Shown here one piece after another: positions 1 to 13,400 of a stretch of 64,000 nt of DNA. Position 1 is the stretch's first letter, and every line of letters starts with the position of its first letter. Origin of the DNA: Amphiscolops sp. MND2022. Its lineage: Eukaryota. The position numbers and the translations under genes were made by a program. The notes beneath the pieces are model-generated. The model saw only the letters and a program-made list of their open reading frames with translations. It ran no database searches and had not been told where the DNA came from. The stretch covers positions 52,328,001 through 52,392,000 of the forward strand of contig OZ076415.1 in the NCBI GenBank assembly GCA_964187785.1. Reading direction: 5' to 3'.

Positions 1-19
1 AGATTCAAAAGGACAAATA

Positions 20-1530
20 GTGTGAACAAAGTTTTTATCTGAATCCGAAACTGTCACTTTCAAACTAAATTTACAAATTGAAGTTTTCTGGTTTTCTTTT
101 TATTCTTTTTGTCTTGGAATTGTCACTAAATTTTTGAAAAAATGGGTTCGGCGGGAACAAAAAAGAACCGCGCTCTAAAACAATGTGTATTTGGAAGACG
201 AAAACCTGTATTGAAGCAGATATGCCCTTTGAGCAAGAAACGAAAGTTTCGATAATAAGCCGACTTAACCAATAAGACTGAGTTGCGTGAGTGGTTGATA
301 ATCTAACGAAGCCCGTTGGGCTTGATTTCACCAAGACAGTAAATACTGATCCTAGTACCGCAAATACTTACTTTGCGATTTGATAATTGACTTCGTAAAT
401 TATGATTGCAGTCGGATTTAGAGACGGAGTAAGACGGACAGATGATTGATCCTTGAAGCCGACTTTGGATTGTGAAGATATGAAAATGGGAACAGTTGCG
501 GCAAAACAATAACGCTATTGAGACTTGGTTGATGTGCAATAACAGTGGAACGATCATGTGCCTCAAAACGGGATGCATTGAATTGAAGAGCTGCATGGAA
601 AAAAAATTGACGGAAATTTGACATTCTTTCCGGAACTTTTCACGTTAACAGATTTCAAAATGTCGAAGGGACTCCTTGATGGTTTGCTTGTGTTGCAATT
701 CGATGTGTTGATGTTAATGAATTTTGAACATAATGTGTTCCAGGGGAATCAATCATTCAATGAAAGTTTACAAAATTTAACCTGTCGCAGATTCATGACT
801 GTCATTTTGGCTTCTCTGCAATTCTGGTCTCGGGCAAAGTTCATGAAGGTCTTCTGAAAATCGACCTTCTCTTCGCTCTGATAAAACCGCTCCTTTAGCA
901 CAGAAACAAGCTCTTCACTCGTGCTCATCTCTATTGCCTTGCTCCTCAGCCAATCAGAATGATTCAAATTTTTCTCATCTAAATTGGTTAAGTGTGTGTC
1001 ACAATGATGACGAAATATATGACTCAGTTCTTGATACAATTATGTAAAATGACGTCATTTGAAGTATGAATGGATACTTTGACTCGAAGTTTTTTCACGT
1101 TGGAAGCAAAAAGGGCTCTTTTCTGTTTTCCCCCCCACCATCAAAATTTTTGAAAGAAATTCTCTTAAAAACTTTAGACTAGCCTAATTAAAAGTAAAAC
1201 ATTTTTATAACGGGAAGTTAACGTCTATTGGAACAATTTTTAGCTTGAACAAAACATTGTTCACACCTTTTGACTGTGTTCACACCTTATGTTCGTATTA
1301 AGTGTTTATTGATGACTCAAAACAGGAAGCTGTTGATTTTTTCATCAAAAAAAGCGTGACCGCGTATGAAAGAAGAGTGAACAAAGTTTGTATTTGAATC
1401 CTAAACTGTCACCCTGAGAATAACTTTTAAATTGAAGCTTTCTGGTTGGTATTCAAGTCTTTTTAATAGATTTTCATTAATTTTCCCAAAAAAATATTGG
1501 TGGTGGGGGGGGGGACAGAAAAGAGCCGCA
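20..1530. repeat. Two diverged direct copies of a ~155-bp repeat (about 20-175 and 1377-1530)
   Basis: GTGAACAAAGTTT(T/G)TAT(C/T)TGAATCC...AAATTGAAG(T/C)TTTCTGGTT occurs at both sites; a related inverted piece lies at about 1110-1150. Confidence 0.5.
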
Positions 1531-3432
1531 AAAAGTCTTGTGGAACATTCAAATTTAAATACGCACCCTCATATTTCCCAAATTTGAATTAGGGATGCCG
1601 TATAGTCCGTTAAACTAGTAATTTTCAATCACTATAATTCAAATAGTTGAAAGTCTTAAATTGAAGTGCGGAATATTGGTAGCGTTCTTTTATGACACAA
1701 TCAGAACTTCAAATTTCACCGAAATAAAATCTTCAACTTCTGTGTCACAAAAAATAAAAATTGGCTCAATCCGAGTCCTGTTTGCCATATCAGAATTGCA
1801 TTACATTATAAATGTTAGGTAAAAAATTTCCAAATAATTTTGTTCAATTTGAAAAAAAATCAATAGCTAGACACTGGCTAGGTTCGAGAAGAACCTTTTT
1901 TCTGGCAAAACGTATTACAATTCGAATATACGTCAATGATACAGATATAGCGCACTGTTTAGCAGGTGCTTGGTGAAAAAAGACGCGTCTTTTATGGTGA
2001 CCTTTGGTAGTTTTTTCAATCGAGTTGAGGTGACCTAAAGAACTCTCTAAAAATCTCCAACACGCTCAAGATATAGCGAGGGGGCCAAAACTAATCAAAG
2101 GTTTCACCTTTAATCAAAGGGTCATTATTTGACATTTTTATTTTTTTATGGAGATAACAAACCAAAACAATTATGGCATTGTACGAAAATTATTATTTCC
2201 ATTAAAAGTACCATGGGGGTTACGAACAAATCAACAATGAAATTTCCTTCTGGTACCCGCGTAATTCAAAGATCTATTATGGGAAAACGTAATCCATTGG
2301 CGATGAAAGATGGTGCAAACGAAATGACCAATTGGTTTGCTTGCAACAAACTGCAATCAATTCATTGAAATGTGAAATTTGAAAGTGTAAAATATCCCGT
2401 TAAAAAGTGAATACATAACAGTTAGGACGGTATCTTAGGCTAAGGGTTAACACATCGTTTTCTTGAGATCGATTGAGTGCAACATTTTTGGTGAAGCTGT
2501 ATTGAGGTTCATCACTGTTTCAACACGGATCCTATGAAACGGCGTTTTTAATAAGGGCACCTAAGTGAATATCACCTAATGTGAAGTGTATATTATATAT
2601 AAATATTTGTCAACTAATGTTTGCAAACAACTCTGAACAATGCAATTCAACTTGTCAGTCATTCAATTTGACGTCTTTTGTTGGAAGCCGAGAAACTTTC
2701 ACATATCGGAAGTGTGAACGAAATGACTGGTAAAGACGTCTAGACTTTTTCTGAAGGTTCGGATCATTCTTTGTTAAAGATTTGATTACGTAATGAGAAT
2801 GATTGACAGAGAAAACGTGTACGATTTTCAGTGTCTTGTTTACAAATATTACGATTTTCAAGAGTGTGAAAATTTTGTGCATTCCGTTTTTTTTGGTTCA
2901 CCTAGTAATTGAATTGTTGACAGCGGCATTCAAAGTTTGTTGTCAAACGTTTGATGACAAAGAGAAATATTGGAATTTTTGAGACCTCAAAAAAATGTGC
3001 GTTCAGTTTTTCGGGTAACTTAGCATCAAACGGCAAAAGCTTCTTTAAATCTCAGTTCTTTACCGGTCGATCAGTTTGAATTCCATTCGTTCGTTGTGAG
3101 TTACATTGGATTCGTTGTGAAACCTCTTTGGTAAAAGGTTTACTTTTGCTTTGAGAAACTATACTTTTTTGTTATTTACGTTTCTTCCGTGTGAACTATG
3201 TTATTGTATTCACGCAAAAAAAAACTGAGTTTTTAAATGAAATCTTAACATTTATATATTTTGAATCAGCAATATAATCTGCAATTTTCAATAAAATTTT
3301 TTGAGCTTTCGTTCGAACTCGTTCGCAATGACCAACCATGACCAATCAAAATGGTACTTCAAAACGTTCCGATCGGCTTTGAGCAAACGATATTGAACGA
3401 GAGGTCATCTAGACATCTAATGGTCACTGAGG

Positions 3433-3460
3433 TGACGTCATGTGAAATCATGTGACGTCA
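3433..3460. promoter_or_regulatory. Pair of CRE/ATF palindromes (TGACGTCA) about 0.95 kb upstream of the vWA gene ATG
   Basis: TGACGTCA at 3433-3440 and 3453-3460, 20 bp apart; another at 3710-3717. Function is inferred only. Confidence 0.3.
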
Positions 3461-4389
3461 TAATAGACAGACATCTTTTCAAATCTCAAGAATTTTTTAC
3501 CAAAAACTGCGAACTATGTTGATTTGAAACTGCTTTGATGGTATTTGATTTCGTTTTGAATCCAATTTGATGCTATATTTGAAAGAATTTGTAGACTCGT
3601 TGGCCTTGGAGAAGAGAAACAAGCTGTAAATATCATGATGTCATTCTCGGTCTAACCATTATAGCCTATCAAATGAAGCAAAAAACGACAAATTGGTAAC
3701 CGAAGTGTCTGACGTCATATTCTTTTCTAAGAGCACGTTCTTTCAGAAATCAACATAACCGCTGGTGCACTTTCATTGTTGAGGTGACACGCAAAAATAC
3801 GTTTTGGAAATTTGTTAAACGTTTCGCTGCAGCGTCTTGTTGAAGCTTCTTGTTTGCACGGCTTTTTTAACAACCTACGTTGTTTTCGATACTGGAATAC
3901 CGAAAAATTGGACCTTTTCACAAATCAAACGATCAATTTTTTGCTAACGCAATTTTTTAGGAGAAAACTAGTGTAGTAATCGTTTGCACAGTATTTATTT
4001 TGTAATTATATTTACAATACGTTAAACATAACTGTATTTAAAGAGAATGACGACATGCTTGTGTCATACCTCTTGCGAAAAAACCTCAAAATAACTCAGC
4101 TTGATATTTGCAAGTTTGTTGTTTCCTTGGCCATCACTTCTAAGTTTGTTACGCCGACGAAAACTTGCGTCAATTTTTGAACTTATAAGCGACTTGAAAT
4201 TGTTTATATTGTACATTTATTTATCCCTCAACCAACATTTACCGAACACACATTTGTTACTCGAACACAATAACCCTTATTAGCTTACATAAAATTACAA
4301 AATTTTCATCAGAGGTGTTTCTATAGCTAAGAAGTTTGTCTTGAAATTTGTTGTTCCATCACTACATTTGGTTAAAAGTTGATATTACC

Positions 4390-4483
4390 ATGGAGTTTGC
4401 ATCCGGTTGTGTTTATGATTACGGGGGATACTCTTCGGAGGAGAATGTTGACGACGGTGAAGAAGCATACACCCCAGCAACAG
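4390..4483 (+). CDS. vWA gene exon 1 ([11 protein letters not shown]...PAT)
   Basis: ATG in ACCATGG context; donor G|GTAATT, phase 1, matches the exon at 19457. Confidence 0.75.
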
Positions 4484-7400
4484 GTAATTTTTCATAGAAA
4501 TGAAAATTAAATACTTTGTTCTTAGAGCTTGCTCAAAAATCATTTTCATCTCAACCCGGGTTGACCCTCTTACTAGCATCTTGGTAGCCATGGCAAGATC
4601 TTGCCAAATTCTTACTAAGAACTTACCAAGATGAAAGAAAGGACTTTTGAAAGGACAAAGAAAGAAAAAACGTCATTATCCCAAGATCGAATCTTACTAA
4701 GATTGAAAAAATTTTAAGATTTCAAAATTTCGATCAAGAGTGCTGAAAATAGTTACATTCGTATAACAATTCTTTTGCCGGGTCTTTACGCAATTTCTCA
4801 GCCTAGACCTTGATTTCGATAAGGGGAATAATGTCTAAATGAAAGGACCTAAAAGCAATAAGACCTAAAAAAATGACATGCTTTCAAAGGGAATAAGATC
4901 TTTAAATCTTTTTCTTAAGAGGGAATAAGATCTGAAATTTTAGATCTTATTCCGTTTGAATTTTTTTCCACTATCAGATATCATGGATGTCATGGATCTT
5001 CATCAACCATGTTGGGGAGGGGGAGAGATTGAATCTTATTCTTAAAGGGAATAAGATCTAAAATCACTAATTTTTCCGTCATTTTGGAGAATTTTAGATC
5101 TTATTCGGTGTATATTCCTGTGGCTTCGACTCTCAATTCAGTGGTTTTATATCTTATTCCTGTGATTGTTAGATTAACTCAGTGATTTTTAGATATTAGA
5201 TTTTATTTTGGTGATATTTAAGTATATATTTCAGTTGTTTTTGATGTTTTCTAAGGGTTGAAAAGAGTCTTGTATTTTGTAGTTTTGAGTGAGTTTTGGA
5301 TTTTCAATAGCTTTTAAATTGAAGTTTTTCTGATGGTGCTTTTTTTCTCAATATTAAGTAGTTCGTAGCAAATTTTTCTTGCCATTGTGAGCTTCTTATC
5401 AAGATTTATTTTGGATACATGCCTGTTTTGGTAAGATCTTACCATGGCAAAATGAATACCTGTGGTAGAGCGCTATATTGTCACCTTCACTTGTGTAAAT
5501 AAAGTTGTGAGAAAATAGTTAATTAACAACAACCTGCCAAAATATGCCAAAGTGGCAAAATCACAAATATAGCCACATACACAAGATACGTCATTCAATT
5601 CAGTATTACATCCCGTTACTGTTTTCACTCCTTCAAGCTAGAGTTCTCTGAGCTACTACAATACCATGGCAAGCTCTTGACAAGATCTCAGCCAAGATTG
5701 TTCCAAGTTCTTGCCAAGATCTTACTAAGATATCTATGGAGGGTCAACCCGGGAAGCGATTCTCGTTTCGTATGTGGTGCATAAAGTCATCAATAATAGT
5801 AATTTTTGTGTCTCGGATGATAATGGCATTAGGAAATATCGACTTTTGATTGAAAACCCATGTAAATTATTAGAAGCGTGCATGCAGATCCTGATCCAAA
5901 GCATGCGGTACCATGCAATTCCGTGCATGGAACCATATGGTTCCGAGCTATATTTCCAGGTAAAGGTCAGGAAAAAGTTCTAGGAACTCTTTATCATGTG
6001 ATCATTCGGTTCATTGATACATTAAGATTTCTGTCTATATATTTTTCTATTGGTTGAAACTCAAAGGTCTTAATTCCTCCTACTGATTTTGGTAGAAGTT
6101 TCACATTTTAAAAGGAACTCAGCACAAATAAGGGTATGTATTCAACAACTGGGTCCTTTTTACATTTAATCTATTATAGCTATATAACTTTTTCTATTTC
6201 TCGAAAGCTTCAAGTTTTCTTTTGGATAACTACTGACGAAGAGAAGTTGAATAAAATATAACCATTTCCTTCTTTTTTTTGGAAATTGGAGATTCTTGAA
6301 ATGCTATAAAATAAATCATGCTTTCTAAATAGCATCCAATTAAATCAACTTTCCTGTCTCCATTTCAAAATAAATGGATTCCATGTTTTTTGGCCATAAA
6401 ACAATGATCTATTGAAACGACATGGTCTCAGTTACTTCTGGCAAGAGGCAGAAAAACCACCAGGCTACGATTGGGAACAGTGGGTCCAGCTATTTGAGGT
6501 TGCTGTGTTAGCTAGGCACTCAATCTCAATGATCGAACTTCTGCGAGTGGCCGACCAACAAAACCCAATAAATGCTGCCATGACGGGAAATCTTGACGAG
6601 ATACCTGCAAAAAGAAAACTAGTAAGTTTAATGTACATATCCATTGGGAAAACAGGAAGAAAGATGCTGATGGACAAATTCCCGAACATCAACATTCTGC
6701 TAATCGAGCTACAAAATTTGTTGCAAAACTGCACAGAATGTTTCCAGACACGTAGAAATCGGATTTTGGATAGACATATTTTTCTCTCGAGAAAACAAAA
6801 ATCCACGGAAACACTACATCAATTTTGGATTGCGCTGAACGGACTTGCTGCCCGATGTGGTTTCGGAGATCAAACAGAAGGGCTTGTTCACGACATTTTC
6901 GTCCTTAACATGAATAATAAACAAATCCAAGAAAAGTTATGCACGGAGCCATAAGAAACCCCTGCCGTGGCACTACAATTCGCCATTGCCCTCGAAGATG
7001 GTCTAAAAAGACAGAAGTCCTATGGGTACATTAGTCAGGAACCGAAAATCAAAGACGAGCCTATCTGTGCAGTAAGCAATAACAACCAAACAGAATGTTG
7101 GAGATGTGGGGCAGGGAGTTTTACATTAGATCGCTTGAATAAATGCAAAGCCCCGAATGCCATGTGTAATTACTGCGGAAGAAAGAGACGTCTTGAAAGA
7201 GTATGCAACCAAAAGAAAAAGGAGTTTAACCTGAAAGTTGGCAATAGTAGAGGAATTGGCAAAAGAGTGCAAAGAGTCGATCCAGAAGAAAGTGGCGAAG
7301 AGGACGACGAGGACTATATGGTATTAAAAGTGGAATCAGAAAGCGAGACCTCCAAACCATATTACATGGAAGGATTCATAAATGGCAATAAGTTCAAAAC

Positions 7401-10400
7401 CATGATAGACACCGGCTCCCCAGTAACCATCTTTGAACTGGATGAAATAAAACAAATAATGAAAAAAGAGAAATTACAAGTACGCCCAATGATCGGAAAC
7501 GAACAATACATGGACTTCAATGAAAAACCCCTCAAATTACTGGGATATGTGTTTTGCGAACTTCAAGTGAATGATATTTACATAAAGAAAGCCAGAATCC
7601 CCATTGCAAAAAACGGAACGAAGTCGATCATTGGTAGAGAGTGGCTATCAACTCTACGATACAAACTGGTCCCAGAAGGTGAGTTGGAAGTAAATGTAAT
7701 AGATAAAGAAAGTGAACTTAGCGCAGAAACTAAACAATTCGTGAAAGAATTTCCAAAACTTTTCGAAAGGAAAGGCAAGATAAAAAATAACCAAGTTCGG
7801 ATAAATTTCAACCCGGGGCGAAACTAACACAACAGAAAGGGAGAAGAATCCCTATTCAGCTGCAAAAGGCCGTAGATGAGGAAATCAGTAGACTGTTGAA
7901 AGAAGGCCATATCGAAAAAATTAACGAAATAAAAGATGTCTTCATTCAACCAACAGTGATAACCGTGAAAAAGGACCGTTCGGTGAAAATTGCGCTAGAT
8001 GCAAGAGCTTTTAACCAAGCAATCGAAAAGGATAAATACCAAATGCCGAATTTGGAAGATTTATTAGATATGGTGGCAGAAAAATTAGTTATAGAAAAAA
8101 GAAAAGCATGGTTTTCATCGGTTGACATGACATACGCATACGGTCAAGTTCCCTTGCATCTATTGACCGCCAAACACTGTAACTTTCAAATAATTGGAGG
8201 TGAGTCAACAGGTACATACAGATTCGTGACAGGATTTTATGGTCTGTCGGTTATGCCGACAGAATTTCAAAAAGTAATGGACATTTTATTAGCTAAATTC
8301 AGAGAAGTATTTGTATTTATAGACGATATTTTCATTGTAACTAAAGGAACCAAGGACGAACATATAGATAAACTGCGAGAAATTTTGAAATCGCTCGACC
8401 AAGCAGAAGTACAATTAAAGGCGGGAAAATGCACAATTGAAAAGAACGAAATTGAGTGGCTAGGTTTCAAACTGACAGAAACCGGAATTTGGCCAATAAA
8501 TACAAAAGTGCAGGGAATTACAGAAAAGCTAAGACCAACTAATTTGAAAGAATTGAGGTCTTTTCTGGGCGCAGTGAATCAATTCAATAAATTCATTCCA
8601 GACCTTGCAGTAATTTGCTCGCCCTTTTGTTCAATTCTAAAAAAAGATGCAACGTGGATTTGAAACGACGATCACAAAAAGGCATTTGTTAAAGTAAATA
8701 GAGAAGTAAAGAAAGTCGCCGAACTAACGCATTTCAAACGAAACAGACCGCTACGATTAATTTGCGATGCGAGCAAAAATGAGTTAGGGGCGGTCTTACA
8801 ACAGTGCGAAGAAAATAAATGGAAACCAATTTCGTATGCGTCTAGATTTTTAACGGAATTAGAGGCCAAATTTTCAATAAACGAATAAGGTATTAGCTGT
8901 AGTTTGGTCCGTAGAACATTTTAAAAATTATGTATATGGGGTTTCCTTCGGCATAGTTTCTGATCATAAAGCGTTACAAAGTGTTTTAAAGTCGAACAAA
9001 GGAGACAAAACATACTCTAGTCGACAAACGCGTTGGGTTGATAGACTTTTGCCTTTTGAATTTTCAATTGTACATACTCCTGGTAGAACGCTAGGAATGG
9101 CAGATTATCTATCAAGACACCCGTCGGAATACGAACGCGCCGTCGCAAAAGCGGAAGAATTATGATTGGTTTACTATTAAAGTAGTGGACGAAATTTCAC
9201 CAAAACTACCACGATTGGCAGATCAGCGTAAACCAATCAAAATGCGAGAAAGCGAGAAGGTGAAAAGAACGAACGCAAGCTGCGTGTTGACAGTTCATGA
9301 GCTTGTGCAAACAATTAAACTGAGAAGAGAAGTCGCTATGACGCTAATTAGTGAAACAATGGCGGAATTCAAAGGCTTATCACATTCCACAAACAACGAT
9401 TACGTAAAAGCAAACGCGGAATATGACCGTACAATTCAAAAAATAATCCAATTAGGCCAAAACAGGAATAATGCTGTTATTGCCCGCCTTCCCCCCTCCT
9501 TGGAGGGAAAGATTTAATTCCTTCGCGGTCGACTCAAACGGCCTCCTTTATATGGATAACCGTCTCGTCATACCTAAAGATATAAGAGAAAACATTTTAC
9601 GGGCAATTCATTACGGACATGCGGGAAGGGATTCTATGCTAAGAGAAGCATCAGATATTTGGTGGCCACGCATTCACAGGGAGATTGTTGAGAAGGCGCG
9701 AAATTGTCGAGAATGCCAAATAGCAGGTAAGAATTTAAAATGCCTAAAGTCACAAAACGAGTTTGGAAAGATACCAGAGGCATCTGAACCAAATGAAGAA
9801 ATTTCTTTAGACTTCGCGGGATCTTTTCAAAATGTAAATGGAAAGAAAATTTATTTACTAGTGTCCGTAGATAACAATTCAAGATGGCCTGACGCAATGT
9901 TCTCACCAAACCTTAACACTGAAAAACTAATTGAGTTTTTCATAGAATATATCTCAAAAAATGGAATACCAAAAAGAATCCGGACAGATCCCGGAACGGC
10001 ATTTAAAAGTGAGAAATTTAAACAATTTTGCAAAGAAAAATTTATAGACCATGTAACTTGCCCGGTAAGAGATCACAGAGGAAACGGGAAATTTGAAAGA
10101 ATGATACGCACAATAAATGGAAGATTGAGATCTAACAAAACATCTTAGTGTCGAAAGATAAGAGCGGAATATCAAACATCTTATATGCACTAAGATCAGA
10201 AAAGGGAATTGACGGAAAATCGGCGTTTGTAAGACAAAACGGAAGAAGCCCAAACACTTTAAAATCGCGAATCATTGAAAAATGTATTTGAGCAAGACCC
10301 AAAGATCAAGATAGAGCCCGAGAATTTCAGCGACGAGGTCGACTCCACAATTTTAGTCCGAGAGAGGAGTGTACGCCTTTGATCTAATTACTTGGTTCTA

Positions 10401-13400
10401 ATGGAATTAGATCTAACTGTTAGGTCTAACTTTCAGATCTAATTTTATCTAAAATACTTAGATCTAACCCCTTTAAGATCTAATATGTGTTCTGAAAGCT
10501 AAATATATTCTGGGAGGATCTTAATAGATCTAAGAGAGGGGGCAAAACTGAGATCTAAATAAAATGATCTAAAAAATCAGGTCTAAAAATTTCTTCTAAT
10601 TTGATCTAATTTGAGAAAAAAAGGTTTATTAGGATCTAAAACTAAAAAAGTGATATAAAGTATAAAACGTGCCTCGGATATGTCCCCATTTCCTCTAGTG
10701 CCCCGTGGCCTCTTGGGGCCGCCTTTATTCCCATCTTGCTAAACGAGGTCGAACACGAGCAAAGACCTAGCGGGAACGGAGATCGCGAAGCGATCGTAGT
10801 GGGAGCTGGTCTTTGCGACGGTGAGGGCGAGCGTGCATACAACGGATATGCCCCACATATCATACGAAACGTTTCGGCAAATTATTTTAGGCTGAGACAT
10901 TTCGGCATATTTTTTTGCCGAAACGTCCGCCGCCATGTTTTTGCCGAAACGTCTTATGCCGAAACGTCCGGAATCCGTCAAACCTTTATGTTGCTATTAC
11001 TTAAAATCAGTGCAGTTTAATCTGATTGAATACTGATGTCGAAAGAAGTACAATTGAGTGAATTTGGTATATGTACAATTGTTCCCCCTTTTCTCCTAAT
11101 AGAGAGGGAAGTGTGGTAGAGCGCTATATTGTCACCTTCACTTGTGTAAAGAAAGTTGTGAGAAAATAGTTAATTAACAACAACGTGCCAAAATATGCCA
11201 AAGTGGCAAAATCACAAGTATAGCCACATACACAAGATAAGTCATTCAATTCAGTATTACATCCCGTTACTGTTTTCACTCCTTCAAGCTAGAGTTCTCT
11301 GAGCTACTACAATACCATGGCAAGCTCTTGACAAGATCTCAGCCAAGATTGTTCCAAGTTCTTGCCAAGATCTTACTAAGATATCTATGGAGGGTCAACC
11401 CGGGAAGCGATTCTCGTTTCGTATGTGGTGCATAAAGTCATCAATAATAGTAATTTTTGTGTCTCGGATGATAATGGCATTAGGAAAAATCGACTTTTGA
11501 TTGAAAACCCCATGTAAATTATTAGAAGCGTGCGTGCAGATCCGGATCCAAAGCATGCGGTACCATGCAATTCCGTGCATGGAACCATATGGTTCCAAGC
11601 TATATTTCCAGGTAAAGGTCAGGAAAAAGTTCTAGGAACTCTTTATCATGTGATCATTCGGTTCGTTGATACATTAAGATTTCTGTCTATATATTTTTCT
11701 ATTGGTTGAAACTCAAAGGTCTTAATTCTTCCTTCTGACTTTGGTAGAAGTTTCACATTTTAAAAGGAACTCAGCACAAACAAGGGTATGTATTCAACAA
11801 CTGGGTCCTTTTTACATTTAATCTATTATAGCTATATAACTTTTTCTATTTCTCGAAAGCTTCAAGTTTTCTTTTGGATAACTACTGACGAAGAGAAGTT
11901 GAATAAAATATAACCATTTCCTTCTTTTTTTTTGGAAGAGATATTTAGAAAGAAATTGGAGATTCTTGAAATGCTATAAAATAAATCATGCTTTCTAAAT
12001 AGCATCCAATTAAATCAACTTTTCTGTCTCCATTAAAAAAATGGATTCCATGTTTTTTGGCCATAGAACAATGATCTATTGAAACGACATGATCGCTGGC
12101 GTTTGTGGGCGCATGTGTTTATCAACGATACGGTGATGGAAACTGAATAAAACATCTCAACTTGTCAAACAAGGAGGTCAGGCACAGCGTTTAGACTGAC
12201 AGCAAAATTGGCAACGTTTTCGTGCCCGTCGAGAACAAGAGCTGCCATTCGGCATATGAACTTATTTAGACAGCAGTTCACATTTTTTCAGACCTTGTTT
12301 TACGTCGAGATCGTTTAGCGAGTTTAGGAGACGGGAGGATCTTACCAAGATCTTTAGATATACGGCGCTCGCTAATCAAAAATCAGATAATCAAAATCAT
12401 ATGCATGCAGGAATTCGCAAACTACAGTACTCACTATTTCGGAAGAAGGACATCTGGGAAGCGTGAAAACTAGAGGGTGATGGTATAAAAATGGGTTTAG
12501 GTGTGAATAAGTTGATATCTCAGAAAATGGTTTTTCAACAAAGACGGTTAAATACTTTTGCAAGTGGCTATCGTAAATTAACGTTAATATGTGCAAAGAT
12601 GAAGGCGCTGGCAGCAGCTTGTTTGGATCAACTGCCGATCAGAAACCAGGGAGTCTCTTATTTGTATCCATGGCAACCCAAGGCCCTCCCAGATACTTGT
12701 TTGGATCGGCCATTAATCAGAGTGCTGCTGGTGGTTTGTTTGTATCAACAACCAATCAGAGTGCTGGCGGTGGTTTGTTTGGATCAACAACCAATCAGAG
12801 TGCTGGTGGTGGTTTGTTTGGATCAACAACCAATCAGAGTGCTGGCGGTGGTTTGTTTGGATCAAGAACCAATCAGAATCCCGGTGGTGGTTTGTTTGGA
12901 TCAACAACCAATCAGAGTGCTAGTGGTGGTGTGTTTGGATCCACAACCAATCAGAGTGCTGGTGGTGGTTTGTTTGGATCAACAACCAATCAGAGAGCTG
13001 GAGGTTGTTTGTTTGGATCAACAACCAATCAGAGTGCTGGCGGTGGTTTGTTTGGATCAACAACCAATCAGAGTGCTGGAGGTTGTTTGTTTGGATCAAC
13101 AACCAATCAGAGTGCTGGTGGTGGTTTGTTTGGATCAAGAACCAATCAGAATCCCGGTGGTGGTTTGTTTGGATCAACAACCAATCAGAGTGCTGGTGGT
13201 GATGTGTTTGGATCCACAACCAATCAGAGTGCTGGTGGTGGTTTGTTTGGATCAACAACCAATCAGAGAGCTGGAGGTTGTTTGTTTGGATCAACAACCA
13301 ATCAGAGTGCTGGCGGTGGTTTGTTTGGATCAACAACCAATCAGAGTGCTGGAGGTTGTTTGTTTGGATCAACAACCAATCAGAGTGCTGGTGGTGGTTT

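Larger units (their letters stand above)
4555..5753. mobile_element. Non-autonomous DNA transposon with CCC...GGG ends and 2-bp TSD AA (CMC/EnSpm-like)
   Basis: Perfect 15-bp TIR CCCGGGTTGACCCTC / GAGGGTCAACCCGGG, AA on both sides, subterminal CAAGATCTT repeats; interrupted by the LTR at 5461. Confidence 0.8.

Noticed and set aside
71-1039. Minus-strand ORFs (749-1039 and neighbours) as a gene
   Set aside because: Protein-like in part, but I could not join frames or recognise a domain; it may be a decayed fragment.
5461-6422. Treating the full ~960-bp direct repeat as the LTR
   Set aside because: No TSD at those ends, whereas the 200-bp unit has TG...CA inverted ends and an ATACC TSD; the rest includes another transposon's terminus.
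10736-11020. AIVVGAGL as a Rossmann FAD-binding motif
   Set aside because: Lacks the final Gly of GxGxxG, is short, and runs into repeat DNA.
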